This document shows, piece by piece, positions 1-6,980 of a stretch of 42,608 bases of DNA; the first letter of the stretch is position 1; every line of letters begins with the position of its first letter. The notes below the pieces were generated by a model. That model was not told the DNA's origin. It did no database searches and worked only from the letters and a program-made list of their open reading frames with translations. The stretch comes from Anaerolineales bacterium (GTDB taxonomy: Bacteria > Chloroflexota > Anaerolineae > Anaerolineales > E44-bin32). Location of the stretch: NCBI GenBank assembly GCA_036477195.1, contig JAZGCZ010000079.1, positions 1-42,608 of the forward strand, given 5' to 3'. The translations under genes were made by a program, and so were the position numbers.

Positions 1-202
1 TTTCCGCTCCCCGCATGCCGAACTGCGCCTCAACCTGAACCACATCTGGCAATCCATTCACGATCGCCAAATAGGCTGATGCGCCTAGCAAGCCCAGGCC
101 TGCGACCAACGCCAATATCAGCGCTAGCGCAGCAATCAGTTGACCGCTGCCTTCTCTGCGGGCCGATCTACGAGATCTGCGTATCTTGAGTGAACGGGGC
201 AT
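1..202 (-). CDS. Partial CDS (N-terminal ~67 aa; the rest lies beyond the window start). Arg-rich N-terminus plus a single TM anchor, possibly a class A penicillin-binding protein or transglycosylase
   Basis: Not in the ORF track because it runs off the edge. Minus-strand ATG at 202-200. Translation is MPRSLKIRRSRRSARREGSGQLIAALALILALVAGLGLLGASAYLAIVNGLPDVVQVEAQFGMRGAE. That is a basic stretch, one hydrophobic helix, then a 'LPDV..' segment like the anchor preceding PBP1 glycosyltransferase domains. The catalytic domain is not visible. Confidence 0.4.
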   Translation of the reverse strand, partial: MPRSLKIRRSRRSARREGSGQLIAALALILALVAGLGLLGASAYLAIVNGLPDVVQVEAQFGMRGAE

Positions 203-420
203 CTTGAAGCTTTGCCCTGCTCTTGCGGTAATCGCAGGGGCGAGAATTATAATCATCAGGTTACAGCCAGGCTATTAGGCTGCTGAGTGAAATACATCGC
301 TTCGATTTCGCGGGCTGTCGCAGGCGTTTGAGCTCAGTCGCAATGAGTTCGATGGAAAGCTGACTGGCCACGCGAGCTTCGAGCACTTGGCTCGGTTCGG
401 GCAGATAGATCCCGAGCCGG

Positions 421-1197
421 GTGAATCCATCTGACATGGGTATTATTGCTGACATGACTGGTGCCAGAATCTGCGAAGTCTTCCGAATGGGCACAATCGA
501 CTTTGTGTCCGGCCGGGCAATCCAGGAGAACTTAGCTTCCGAAATCGGCGCCGGAAGACGCTCGGCCGCCCTCATTCTGCTTGAACACCCCCATACCTTC
601 ACCTTCGGACGCCGAGGTAAATCGGAAAACCTGCTCTGGGATGAGCACGAGCTTGCTGATCGAAACATCGAGGTGCATTGGACCGACCGAGGAGGGGACG
701 CAACCTATCACGGACCAGGCCAACTGGTTGGCTACCCCGTGCTGCCGCTGGGACGTCTCAAAACAGACGGCCGGCTGCCCAAAGGAGATTACGTGGGCTA
801 CCTACGCGATCTCGAAACTACCCTCATTCGCGCTCTTGCGGGACTCGGGCTGGCAACTGGACAGCGCAAAAACCACACTGGAGTCTGGGTGCAGCCTGAC
901 GTCGCTTCTCGGTGCATACATTGTCCCCCCGCGGCCCGCAGGGCTCCCTCTAAGCTCGCCTCGATCGGAGTGCGCGTCACGGCCCAGGGGGTCAGTCAGC
1001 ATGGATTTGCGCTCAATGTTGCGCCCGACATGCAATACTGGGAAGGGATCGTAGCCTGCGACCTTCCCGAGACCCCCATGGTCTCACTTGCGAACCTGCT
1101 CGAACCGGCGCCAACCATGGAGCAGGTAACCGAGGCAGTCGTCACAGAATTTGGCAACGTCTTTCAACTGACCATGCTCGAGACAATCGCCGCTTAG
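421..1197 (+). CDS. lipB: Octanoyltransferase LipB (lipoyl(octanoyl) transferase)
   Basis: 258-aa ORF with DRGGDATYHGPGQLVGYP and KLASIGVRV...HGFALNV, matching the LipB RGG..TYHGPGQ and K-x-x-x-[IL]G / HG[LF]ALNV signatures. Start is ambiguous (GTG 421, ATG 436 or ATG 453). Confidence 0.85.
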   Translation: MNPSDMGIIADMTGARICEVFRMGTIDFVSGRAIQENLASEIGAGRRSAALILLEHPHTFTFGRRGKSENLLWDEHELADRNIEVHWTDRGGDATYHGPGQLVGYPVLPLGRLKTDGRLPKGDYVGYLRDLETTLIRALAGLGLATGQRKNHTGVWVQPDVASRCIHCPPAARRAPSKLASIGVRVTAQGVSQHGFALNVAPDMQYWEGIVACDLPETPMVSLANLLEPAPTMEQVTEAVVTEFGNVFQLTMLETIAA

Positions 1198-1212
1198 CCA
1201 CCGTTCTATGAA

Positions 1213-1364
1213 CATCCTTCGGCACGACTCCTAAAACCATGCTCGATGAAATTTTCCGCCTAGTCTCCGATCTACACTCATCCTCCGGCACGACTCCTAA
1301 AACCATGATCGATGAAATTTTCCGCCTAGTCTCCGATCTACACTCATCCTCCGGCACGGCTCCT
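1213..1364. repeat. Tandem direct repeat, 66-bp unit x ~2.3
   Basis: Copies at 1213-1278 and 1279-1344 differ at only 2 positions. A partial third copy at 1345-1364 has 1 mismatch. Unit is catcct(t/c)cggcacgactcctaaaaccatg(c/a)tcgatgaaattttccgcctagtctccgatctacact. It lies between the lipB stop and the patatin start. Confidence 0.9.
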
Positions 1365-1382
1365 GCAACCAGTAGCGGATAG
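1239..1382 (+). CDS. Speculative 47-aa small ORF made of two 22-aa repeat units
   Basis: The 66-bp unit is a multiple of 3. ATG 1239 to TAG 1380-1382 reads MLDEIFRLVSDLHSSSGTTPKT MIDEIFRLVSDLHSSSGTAPATSSG. It ends 12 nt before the patatin ATG. There is no clear Shine-Dalgarno, and the opposite strand is also open (ORF 1142..1357), so coding status is doubtful. Confidence 0.15.
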   Translation: MLDEIFRLVSDLHSSSGTTPKTMIDEIFRLVSDLHSSSGTAPATSSG

Positions 1383-1394
1383 GATTATCCACTG

Positions 1395-2396
1395 ATGAAG
1401 AATATTCTGTCCATCGACGGTGGCGGTATTCGCGGAATCATTCCGCTGGCCTGTCTGATCGAGTTGGAAAAGATAGAGGGACGACCCTCGCGTGAGATAT
1501 TTGACATGGTCGCGGGAACATCGACCGGTGCTGTAATTGCAGCTGGGCTCGCTCTCGGAATGAGCGCGCGGGGTCTTATGGCGATCTATCGCAATCTGGC
1601 CGAGTCCGCTTTCCAGTCGCTACCGTTCTGGAAGGTGGCCCTCAATCTCGGCAATCATCGCTACAGCAGTGAGTTCGTTTCGAAGACGCTCGATCAGATG
1701 GGCGCCGACCGAGAGATCAATAGCCTCCCGATCGATATCTTAATCACCGGAAAAAACACGGTGACTAGCCGCATTGACTTTTTCGTGCGCGATAGCGAGG
1801 GCAATGCCTCAGTGTGGGGTCGCCTACCGCTTAAGGATGCCGTCCTTGCCAGCACTGCAGTTCCCACGTACTTCCCTGCTCACTCTGCAACTCTTGACGG
1901 AAAAACGCATACTTGGGTCGATGGTGGGGTAGGCGTCTCGGGAAACCCCTGCTATCAGGTAGCAGTTGAAGCAATTCATTACAGTGCGGGTGCCTATCCC
2001 CCCGGTGACACTCGGATGCTGTCATTTGGCACCGGCCGCACACCCCACCCGATTGATGCCCACAAGGCTAGTTTTCTGCAGTGGGGCGAGTGGGCGCTTG
2101 GTGAGATGCTCGAAGACGCTTCGGACTGGCAGTCCTTTATGACCAGGTTGGAATATGACGGGTCCGGTCGTATCGACTTCCGCCGCTATGACCTGGACCT
2201 CGCTCCCGATGTGATGGATCAACTCGGCGTGGAAGTTCCTCCGGGCAAAGATGTGACAAATATCGGTCTTGATGATGTTTGGGCAGTTGATTTTCTCCAG
2301 GATATTGGCCGAGCTTTTGCGCGGCGCATCAACTTCGACGACCCCAACGGCCTGTTCATGCCCTCAGTAATGGGCGGCTCACCTCCGCTTTTCTAG
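1395..2396 (+). CDS. Patatin-like phospholipase
   Basis: Canonical patatin motifs are present: oxyanion DGGGIRG near the N-terminus, nucleophile elbow GTSTG, and catalytic Asp in WVDGGV. Length is 333 aa. Confidence 0.9.
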   Translation: MKNILSIDGGGIRGIIPLACLIELEKIEGRPSREIFDMVAGTSTGAVIAAGLALGMSARGLMAIYRNLAESAFQSLPFWKVALNLGNHRYSSEFVSKTLDQMGADREINSLPIDILITGKNTVTSRIDFFVRDSEGNASVWGRLPLKDAVLASTAVPTYFPAHSATLDGKTHTWVDGGVGVSGNPCYQVAVEAIHYSAGAYPPGDTRMLSFGTGRTPHPIDAHKASFLQWGEWALGEMLEDASDWQSFMTRLEYDGSGRIDFRRYDLDLAPDVMDQLGVEVPPGKDVTNIGLDDVWAVDFLQDIGRAFARRINFDDPNGLFMPSVMGGSPPLF

Positions 2397-2456
2397 CGCG
2401 CCGAACCGCCAAAAATCCCTCCATGCTATACTCCGCCGGATTTTCCGGAGATCCTC

Positions 2457-3485
2457 ATGCGTACCTTTGAACGGGACACCTGGAGCGCTGATCAGCCCAT
2501 AGTCTTCCCGGGCCTTCGATCGGGCGCTTCGGTGCTCAGTACCCTTCTCTTTCGCCTTAGAGCAGGCACTTTGCAGCTGAGTTCTCTTAGCGTTCGCCTT
2601 CGGTCAGCCGCTCTACTGCTGGGTGTCCTTCTCATTGTTTCGGCCTGCAATCGGCCTGCCGAAGAGCCCCCTCCCAATGTGCTGGCGACCTCAGTGTCAT
2701 CCACGCTGACCGCTCAGCCGGTCGAAGAAGCGACCGCTACAGTCGCCGTCGACAGGATTGATGAGAACACTCCGAAGCCAACTGAAATCCCCGTGGAATC
2801 CGAAAGCACGCCAACAGCAGAGGTAACCGAAGAGCCCGAGTTTTCACCGACCCCAAGCAGGACTCCTGTTCCACTTGAGCCCGGGGATCCACGTTCGGGT
2901 CTTAATCTTTCGGATCCGGACTACGATGACGACTTCAGCCAGCGATTCACCTGGTTTGAATTCAGCGATCCCGAATCCGCCACCATCATTTGGGATGACG
3001 GCCGGCTGCGTGTCACGGACCATATAAGGGATGGAATCCTGTGGTGGACGACCACCGCCGTTGAGATCGAAAATTTCTATGCCGAGATCACGGCGCAACC
3101 CTCGTCCTGCTCAGGAAAGGACGCGTACGGGATGGGGATCCGAGTCGGCGGTGACAATATCGACCGCGGCTATACCTTGGAGATCTCATGTGACGGCGCG
3201 TGGCGCGTGCGGAAGTTCATTGCATTCGATGAGATACCTGACGTACTGAGTGACTGGACTGAGTCGGTCCTGATCCAAACTGGGCCCGATGCCAGTAATC
3301 AAATCGGCTTCCTGGCAGACGGCGATCAGTTGTTCGTGTTCATCAACGGCGAGTTGATTAATACGATCGCTATTGAGGACTCGGACTACGTATCGGGCGT
3401 GCCCAGTCTCTTTGCCAACGCTACCCAGACCACGGATCTCACCATAAATTTCGATGACTTCAGGCTCTGGTTCCTCACCCCATGA
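2457..3485 (+). CDS. Secreted lipoprotein with a C-terminal LamG/DUF1080-like jelly-roll domain
   Basis: Lipobox LLIVSAC follows a hydrophobic stretch. An internal TTG at 2571 would give a normal-length signal peptide. A P/T/E-rich linker follows. The C-terminal domain (YGMGIRVGG...GYTLEISCDGAWRVRKF...INFDDFRLW) is paralogous to the next gene. Confidence 0.7.
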   Translation: MRTFERDTWSADQPIVFPGLRSGASVLSTLLFRLRAGTLQLSSLSVRLRSAALLLGVLLIVSACNRPAEEPPPNVLATSVSSTLTAQPVEEATATVAVDRIDENTPKPTEIPVESESTPTAEVTEEPEFSPTPSRTPVPLEPGDPRSGLNLSDPDYDDDFSQRFTWFEFSDPESATIIWDDGRLRVTDHIRDGILWWTTTAVEIENFYAEITAQPSSCSGKDAYGMGIRVGGDNIDRGYTLEISCDGAWRVRKFIAFDEIPDVLSDWTESVLIQTGPDASNQIGFLADGDQLFVFINGELINTIAIEDSDYVSGVPSLFANATQTTDLTINFDDFRLWFLTP

Positions 3486-4350
3486 GCCCCCCGCTCGAGG
3501 GTGGAGTTGGCGAATTTATTTCTTTATTCTCTCCACCCTCGGCGCCACTTCCCGTGAGCTCCCCACACTAGGGTGGAGTTGGCGAATTTATTTCTCTTGT
3601 CTCTCCACCGCGGCCTGCCTGAGCATTGCCGCGTGCGCGCCTCTCGCAACGCCCAATGTGAGCTCGTCGCCTGCCGTCGCTGAATCAGTCACTAGCCAAC
3701 CGCCTCCTACACAGACTGCTCCGCCGCCGACCCGCACGGCAGTCCCTGAGCATAGGATCGGACTCGGAGCACCCCTCTTTGAAGACAATTTTGAATTCGA
3801 TACCGGTTGGGAACCTGGCGCCTCCCCGCGCGGCGCTGTCAGTCGTCTGGACGACAAATTATTCATCTCGGTACAGGGCCCTTCGTCGACGTTCTCCTCA
3901 TTGTCTCCAGTCGAACCGATAGCAGATTTCATGGTCGAAATTGAGGTCCGCTCTGAGATTTGTGAGAATGGAGACGAATACGGACTAATTGTGCGGGTTG
4001 GAGGAGCCGGCAACCCCACGCAGGATTCACATTATCGCTTCTTGATCACTTGCGAGGGAGCCGTTCGGGCTTCACGCTTTCTGTCGGGCGCTGAGGCGCC
4101 TATACTGCCGATCACACCCAGCGCGGCCGTTCTTGCCGGCGCCCCGGCTGTAAACCGCATCGGAGTTTCGGCGATCGGCGATGTGTTTCGGTTTTTTGTG
4201 AATGATATGCAAGTAGTTCAGCTGGAGGATGGCGAAATTCCCAGCGGCAAGATCGGCCTGATGGTTCGCGCCCGCCGCGGAGCTCAAACGACAATTTCGT
4301 TTGACGACTTTCGTGTGTGGGACCTGGGCTCATCCCGGCCAGATGAATGA
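3454..4350 (+). CDS. Secreted lipoprotein, paralog of 2457..3485 (jelly-roll domain)
   Basis: Lipobox SIAAC, then a P/T-rich linker. The C-terminal domain (YGLIVRVGG...YRFLITCEGAVRASRF...ISFDDFRVW) aligns by eye with the upstream gene. Start is uncertain. The only canonical in-frame start before the signal peptide is ATG 3454, which overlaps the upstream gene by 32 nt and reads through both hairpin elements (GWSWRIYF twice). Confidence 0.65.
   Translation: MTSGSGSSPHEPPARGWSWRIYFFILSTLGATSRELPTLGWSWRIYFSCLSTAACLSIAACAPLATPNVSSSPAVAESVTSQPPPTQTAPPPTRTAVPEHRIGLGAPLFEDNFEFDTGWEPGASPRGAVSRLDDKLFISVQGPSSTFSSLSPVEPIADFMVEIEVRSEICENGDEYGLIVRVGGAGNPTQDSHYRFLITCEGAVRASRFLSGAEAPILPITPSAAVLAGAPAVNRIGVSAIGDVFRFFVNDMQVVQLEDGEIPSGKIGLMVRARRGAQTTISFDDFRVWDLGSSRPDE
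3499..3609. repeat. Two copies of a ~40-nt hairpin-forming element, spaced 72 bp apart
   Basis: 3499-3538 is gggtggagttggcgaatttatttctttattctctccaccc. 3571-3609 is gggtggagttggcgaatttatttctcttgtctctccacc. Each has an 8-bp (7-bp in copy 2) GGGTGGAG/CTCCACCC stem around an AT-rich 24-nt loop. Confidence 0.8.
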
Positions 4351-5176
4351 GATGGCAGAGAAACGACCCTTTCGAAACCGCCTCAACGATTTAGATCCCA
4401 AAACGTGGATTAAATTCCAGAAATCCTGGTTCGTTCACGATCCGCCTCCGAGACGCAAGGATGTGAAGCTGCATCCTGCCAAATTCCCGGAGACTCTGGC
4501 GCAGGAATTCATTGAGTTTTTTACAAAAGCCGGTCAGACCGTGCTGGATCCGATGGTCGGTACCGGATCGACTCTTATCGCTTGCCTTCGCAGTGGGCGT
4601 AATGGAATTGGGATCGAGCTCAGCCCCACGTATGCAGAGCTCGCAGCCCAACTGGTGAAGGAGGAGAAAGCTGCTCTCGGATCAGAACGTCTGCAAGCCG
4701 ACGTGATTCAGGGCGATTCCGCAGACTTGGCCCGTTTCGAGCTGCCGCTCATCGATTACGTGTTCACCTCTCCCCCTTACTGGAACATGCTCCACGCCAA
4801 GGGCGCAGGTACTCAAAGACAGCGTCGGGAGGACGCTGATCTTGACGTCACCTATTCAGAGCACTCTGCTGACCTGGGCAATGTTGAGGACTATGACGAA
4901 TTTCTGGATCGTCTGGTGGCAATCTACTCCAGCCTGCAGGAGGTGCTTAGACCGCGCGCCTATCTGACAATCATCGTCAAGAATGTAAAAAAGGGAGGAA
5001 AAATCTATCCCCTGGCCTGGGATCTTGGCCGTCAGCTGGGCCAGATCTTTACCCTTAAAGACGAGAAAATCTGGGCTCAAGACGACATTCGCCTGGCTCC
5101 CTACGGCATGGGGAACGCCTGGGTCAGCAATACATTTCATCACTACTGTCTTCAATTTCGATTCGAACCTGATTGA
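4343..5176 (+). CDS. SAM-dependent N4/N6-type (probably N4-cytosine, SPPY) DNA methyltransferase-like protein with permuted motif order
   Basis: HPAKFPETLAQEFIEFFT followed by LDPMVGTGST (AdoMet motifs X and I), then IGIELSP, then the catalytic motif IV TSPPYW about 70 aa downstream. ATG 4343 overlaps the upstream stop (ATGAATGA). The longest ORF starts at 4301. Confidence 0.75.
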   Translation: MNEMAEKRPFRNRLNDLDPKTWIKFQKSWFVHDPPPRRKDVKLHPAKFPETLAQEFIEFFTKAGQTVLDPMVGTGSTLIACLRSGRNGIGIELSPTYAELAAQLVKEEKAALGSERLQADVIQGDSADLARFELPLIDYVFTSPPYWNMLHAKGAGTQRQRREDADLDVTYSEHSADLGNVEDYDEFLDRLVAIYSSLQEVLRPRAYLTIIVKNVKKGGKIYPLAWDLGRQLGQIFTLKDEKIWAQDDIRLAPYGMGNAWVSNTFHHYCLQFRFEPD

Positions 5177-5334
5177 TGTGAGCGGGTCCGCGCTTGATGT
5201 TGCCACCGCGGCATAACCTTCGAGCCCAAATGATGTGAAGGCTCCGCGCTTGATGTTGCCACCGCGGAATAACCTTCGAGCCCGAATGATCTGAAGGCTC
5301 CGCGCTTGATGTTGCCACCGCGGCATAACCCGAG
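5174..5334. repeat. Tandem direct repeat, 56-bp unit x ~2.8
   Basis: Unit is tgatgtgaaggctccgcgcttgatgttgccaccgcgg(c/a)ataaccttcgagccc(a/g)aa. Copies start at 5174 (1 extra nt), 5231 and 5287. The array begins exactly at the methyltransferase stop codon. The unit is not a multiple of 3. Each unit has GGCTC/GAGCC and CCGCG/CGCGG complementary arms. Confidence 0.9.
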
Positions 5335-5369
5335 TATCCTAAGTCTGCAGCACCCCACCGTAATTCTGA

Positions 5370-6005
5370 ATGTATCTTGCAATAGAAGGTGTAATCGGCG
5401 TCGGGAAAACCTCCTTAGCGCGCCTACTCCAGCCCATGTTCGATGCGGAGCTATTGCTGGAGGTCTTTGAGGAGAATCCCTTCCTCTCTGATTTTTACTC
5501 GGACCGCCACCGGTATGCCTTTCAGACCCAGATTTATTTCCTGCTGAGCCGATACCATCAGCAGCATGATGCTGTTCCTCGAGCCCTCGCTAGCGGTGAC
5601 CTTATCGCGGACTACACATTTGCCAAGGACGCGCTATTTGCGGGGCTCAATTTGTTCGGAGACGAGATTCAAACTTATGAGCAGGTGCACAATGCGCTCG
5701 CCGAACGCATCCCCCTGCCTGACCTAATTGTGTACTTGCGCGTTACTACCGACGTAGCGATGCAGCGCATCTCAATGCGGGACCGCTCCTACGAGCGTAA
5801 TATGGAGTATTCGTATATCGATGAGCTCAACTTGGCTTATGATGACTTCTTCGATCAACTCGATGAGCTCCGCGTTCTGATCATTGATTCGACTACCCTG
5901 GATTTTGTCTCTCACCCGAACGACTTGGAGCATGTAGCGGACCGCATTCGCCAAAAGCTGCAGATCCCCCCATACCAACAGCACCTGCCACTAGAGAAAT
6001 CTTGA
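5370..6005 (+). CDS. Deoxynucleoside kinase (dAK/dGK/dCK family)
   Basis: N-terminal P-loop IEGVIGVGKTS. Overall similarity to the second kinase at 6981..7637 (ENPFLSDFY / QNPYLADFY; FQTQIYFL / FQSQIFFL; RIS(M)RDR / RISMRGR lid region). Confidence 0.85.
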   Translation: MYLAIEGVIGVGKTSLARLLQPMFDAELLLEVFEENPFLSDFYSDRHRYAFQTQIYFLLSRYHQQHDAVPRALASGDLIADYTFAKDALFAGLNLFGDEIQTYEQVHNALAERIPLPDLIVYLRVTTDVAMQRISMRDRSYERNMEYSYIDELNLAYDDFFDQLDELRVLIIDSTTLDFVSHPNDLEHVADRIRQKLQIPPYQQHLPLEKS

Positions 6006-6976
6006 GGATTACAACCGAGAAGCTATTGGAGCTGGCACAGAAGGAGGCTGAGGCCCGACCGGGTGTCGTCTCGGGCTACGTAATCGGCTCGGCCGCGGAT
6101 GGTGATCCAGTTTTTGGAGGCACGGCTGACGTGGATCTTGTGCTGATCCACGAGTATGAACCGGCCGCGCCACGAGAGATCGTCCCTCTCTCCGACGAGG
6201 TCCACCTCGACATATCACACCACGCGAAGCGTCTGTACCAACAGCCGCGGGATCTGCGTGTGGATCCCTGGCTCGGCCCCGCGATATGCGAGCCTGTCTT
6301 CCTTTACGATCCGAGCCACTTTTTCGAGTGGGCACAAGCCTCGGTGCGCGGGCAATTCCACCGCGCAGACTACATGCTGGCCCGGGGTGCTGCATTTCTA
6401 AAGAAGGCCCACGTGTCGCTCAATGGGTTAGAAACCGAACGGCTGTGGCTCTCTGGCTGGACACGTGCATTGCTGGAGGCTGCCAATGCCGTGGCTTCGC
6501 TTGAGGGATTTCCTGCTTCCGGTCGGAGGGTCATGCCGCGGCTCAAATCAAAACTGACCGACCTGAATCATCCCGAAATCTATGACCACTTCCTTCGATT
6601 GCTCGGCGCCGAGCAATTCGAGGATTCGTTAGCGGCGGAATGGGTTGATAGCTGGGCCACGACCTTTGATTCGGCCTGCAAGCTTTCCTTGGACCCCGAG
6701 CTGTCCGAAGTTCGCGGAGGCTATTATCTGGGCGGGTTCCAGTCCATGATAGACGAAGGATCGGCTGTCGAAATCTTGTGGCCGATGCTATCCACATGGG
6801 ACCGGGCAATCCATGAACTCGAGCTAGCCCAGGAACACCAACCCCATTGGCCGCAGATATTGAATACACTGGGGTTGTCTGTCGATCACGCTAGCCAACG
6901 CGAAAAGGAGTTAGAAGACCTATTGGATCAAGTCGAAGGAATTCTGGAAAACTGGGCCGAGAAAGTCGGAGCTTAG
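6002..6976 (+). CDS. Pol-beta-superfamily nucleotidyltransferase-like protein with a helical C-terminal domain, specificity unknown
   Basis: N-terminal GS-x13-DVDLVLI pattern (GSAADGDPVFGGTADVDLVLIHE), then HLDISH as a possible third acidic residue. This is the minimal NTase signature. TTG start overlaps the upstream stop (TTGA). The next gene starts 5 nt after its stop. Confidence 0.55.
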   Translation: MRITTEKLLELAQKEAEARPGVVSGYVIGSAADGDPVFGGTADVDLVLIHEYEPAAPREIVPLSDEVHLDISHHAKRLYQQPRDLRVDPWLGPAICEPVFLYDPSHFFEWAQASVRGQFHRADYMLARGAAFLKKAHVSLNGLETERLWLSGWTRALLEAANAVASLEGFPASGRRVMPRLKSKLTDLNHPEIYDHFLRLLGAEQFEDSLAAEWVDSWATTFDSACKLSLDPELSEVRGGYYLGGFQSMIDEGSAVEILWPMLSTWDRAIHELELAQEHQPHWPQILNTLGLSVDHASQREKELEDLLDQVEGILENWAEKVGA

Positions 6977-6980
6977 TGGA

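Noticed and set aside
261-668. 135-aa minus-strand ORF overlapping the lipB 5' end (or its 59-aa 3' portion, 261..437)
   Set aside because: It overlaps the well-supported lipB ORF on the opposite strand and has no motifs and no SD. The non-overlapping part would leave only about 15 bp to a divergent lipB start. It is most likely a GC-rich antisense artefact, and 203-420 is better read as a divergent promoter region.
1213-5334. The repeat arrays at 1213-1364, 3499-3609 and 5174-5334 might be CRISPR arrays
   Set aside because: The 66-bp and 56-bp units are contiguous head-to-tail with no unique spacers, and their lengths are outside the usual CRISPR repeat range. The 3499/3571 pair has only two copies. 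No cas genes are in the window.
1395-6976. CBASS-like system (patatin effector plus the nucleotidyltransferase at 6002..6976)
   Set aside because: The two genes are 3.6 kb apart. They are separated by two secreted lipoproteins, a methyltransferase and a kinase, and they belong to different apparent transcription units. The NTase signature is the generic minimal Pol-beta motif, not specifically CD-NTase.
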